DNA of 64,000 nucleotides from Escherichia phage Mt1B1_P17: sequence record NC_052662.1; one strand, 5' to 3'. Shown piece by piece: positions 63,400 to 64,000 of this stretch (position 1 is its first letter; each line of letters starts with the position of its first letter). The notes under the pieces were generated by a model. It saw only the letters and a program-made list of their open reading frames with translations, ran no database searches and was not told where the DNA came from. The position numbers and the translations under genes were made by a program.

Positions 63400-63960
63400 T
63401 CATCGTTAGCCATCTTTCATGGCAATCATCAATCACCAACATCATACGATCAATCTTAAGGAATTACAATCGAATTATCATAGGGGATTCCTATCAATTA
63501 TCCCATATATACCGATTATTTTTGACACCCCACTCTTGTATAAAAAGTAACCCAAAATATCTACGGGGAGAGATTATTTCGGGACACCCTGTTTCATGGC
63601 AATCATGGCAAGAATATCTAATAGAATCAATATGATATGGCAAAAATCATGGCGCATACGTAAGAAGTGCTTAACGCGAATTTTCGGGCCGTCAGGTCCA
63701 CGCAGCGACAATTCCCAAATATCATGCGAATGAGAATAATTATCATTCGTATTCAATGACTTATGCAAGGCTCATGCCAACGTAGCGACAAGGTGGGCCA
63801 CTTGATTATAAATCACACAAACACTTATTTATCAATAGGTTGGCAACTTCATCATATGACGGAACAATGTCAACTAATCCCGCTCATGACAAGCAGACTA
63901 TTATTCATATGAGAATGATTATTATTTAAACGTTTATTAACATAAAAACCAGAATAAATC
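63400..63960. repeat. repeat-rich AT-rich region upstream of the leftward accessory block
   Basis: CATGGCAATCAT at about 63419 and 63596; ATGAGAAT(A/G)ATTAT at about 63731 and 63909; inverted repeat CGAATGA...TCATTCG; GCGACAA x2. Confidence 0.45.
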
Positions 63961-64000
63961 AAGAATTTTCTGATTTTATTTACGTTTAAGAGAAGATGCT

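Noticed and set aside
63574-63768. 64-aa minus-strand ORF in the repeat-rich terminal region
   Set aside because: Embedded in direct and inverted repeats with no convincing ribosome binding site; more likely non-coding

Overview
This window reads as a contiguous piece of a large virulent dsDNA phage genome (about 39% GC, tightly packed, no host-like genes seen). From left to right: (1) a leftward-transcribed packaging and lysis block with a large terminase that carries a mini-intein in its P-loop, a putative portal, a scaffold-like protein and an overlapping spanin pair; (2) a cluster of about 12 canonical and 2 atypical tRNA genes on the minus strand, punctuated by a recurring promoter-like motif; (3) an AT-rich divergent control region; (4) a long rightward block (10.4-44.6 kb) of nucleotide-metabolism and nucleic-acid-processing genes, including class I ribonucleotide reductase, ThyX, glutaredoxin, T4-type lysozyme, PhoH, DNA ligase, a three-gene RNA-repair-like cassette, RmlC/RmlD sugar enzymes, an HslV-like peptidase, a sirtuin and putative methyltransferases; (5) a leftward accessory block (44.6-63.4 kb) of more than 60 small ORFs containing at least four paralogous families and a serine recombinase. 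All product calls rest on motifs read by eye from the supplied translations; no database search was run. The strongest candidates for something undescribed are the seven-member small-protein family in the accessory block and the split Pnkp-like RNA-repair cassette.
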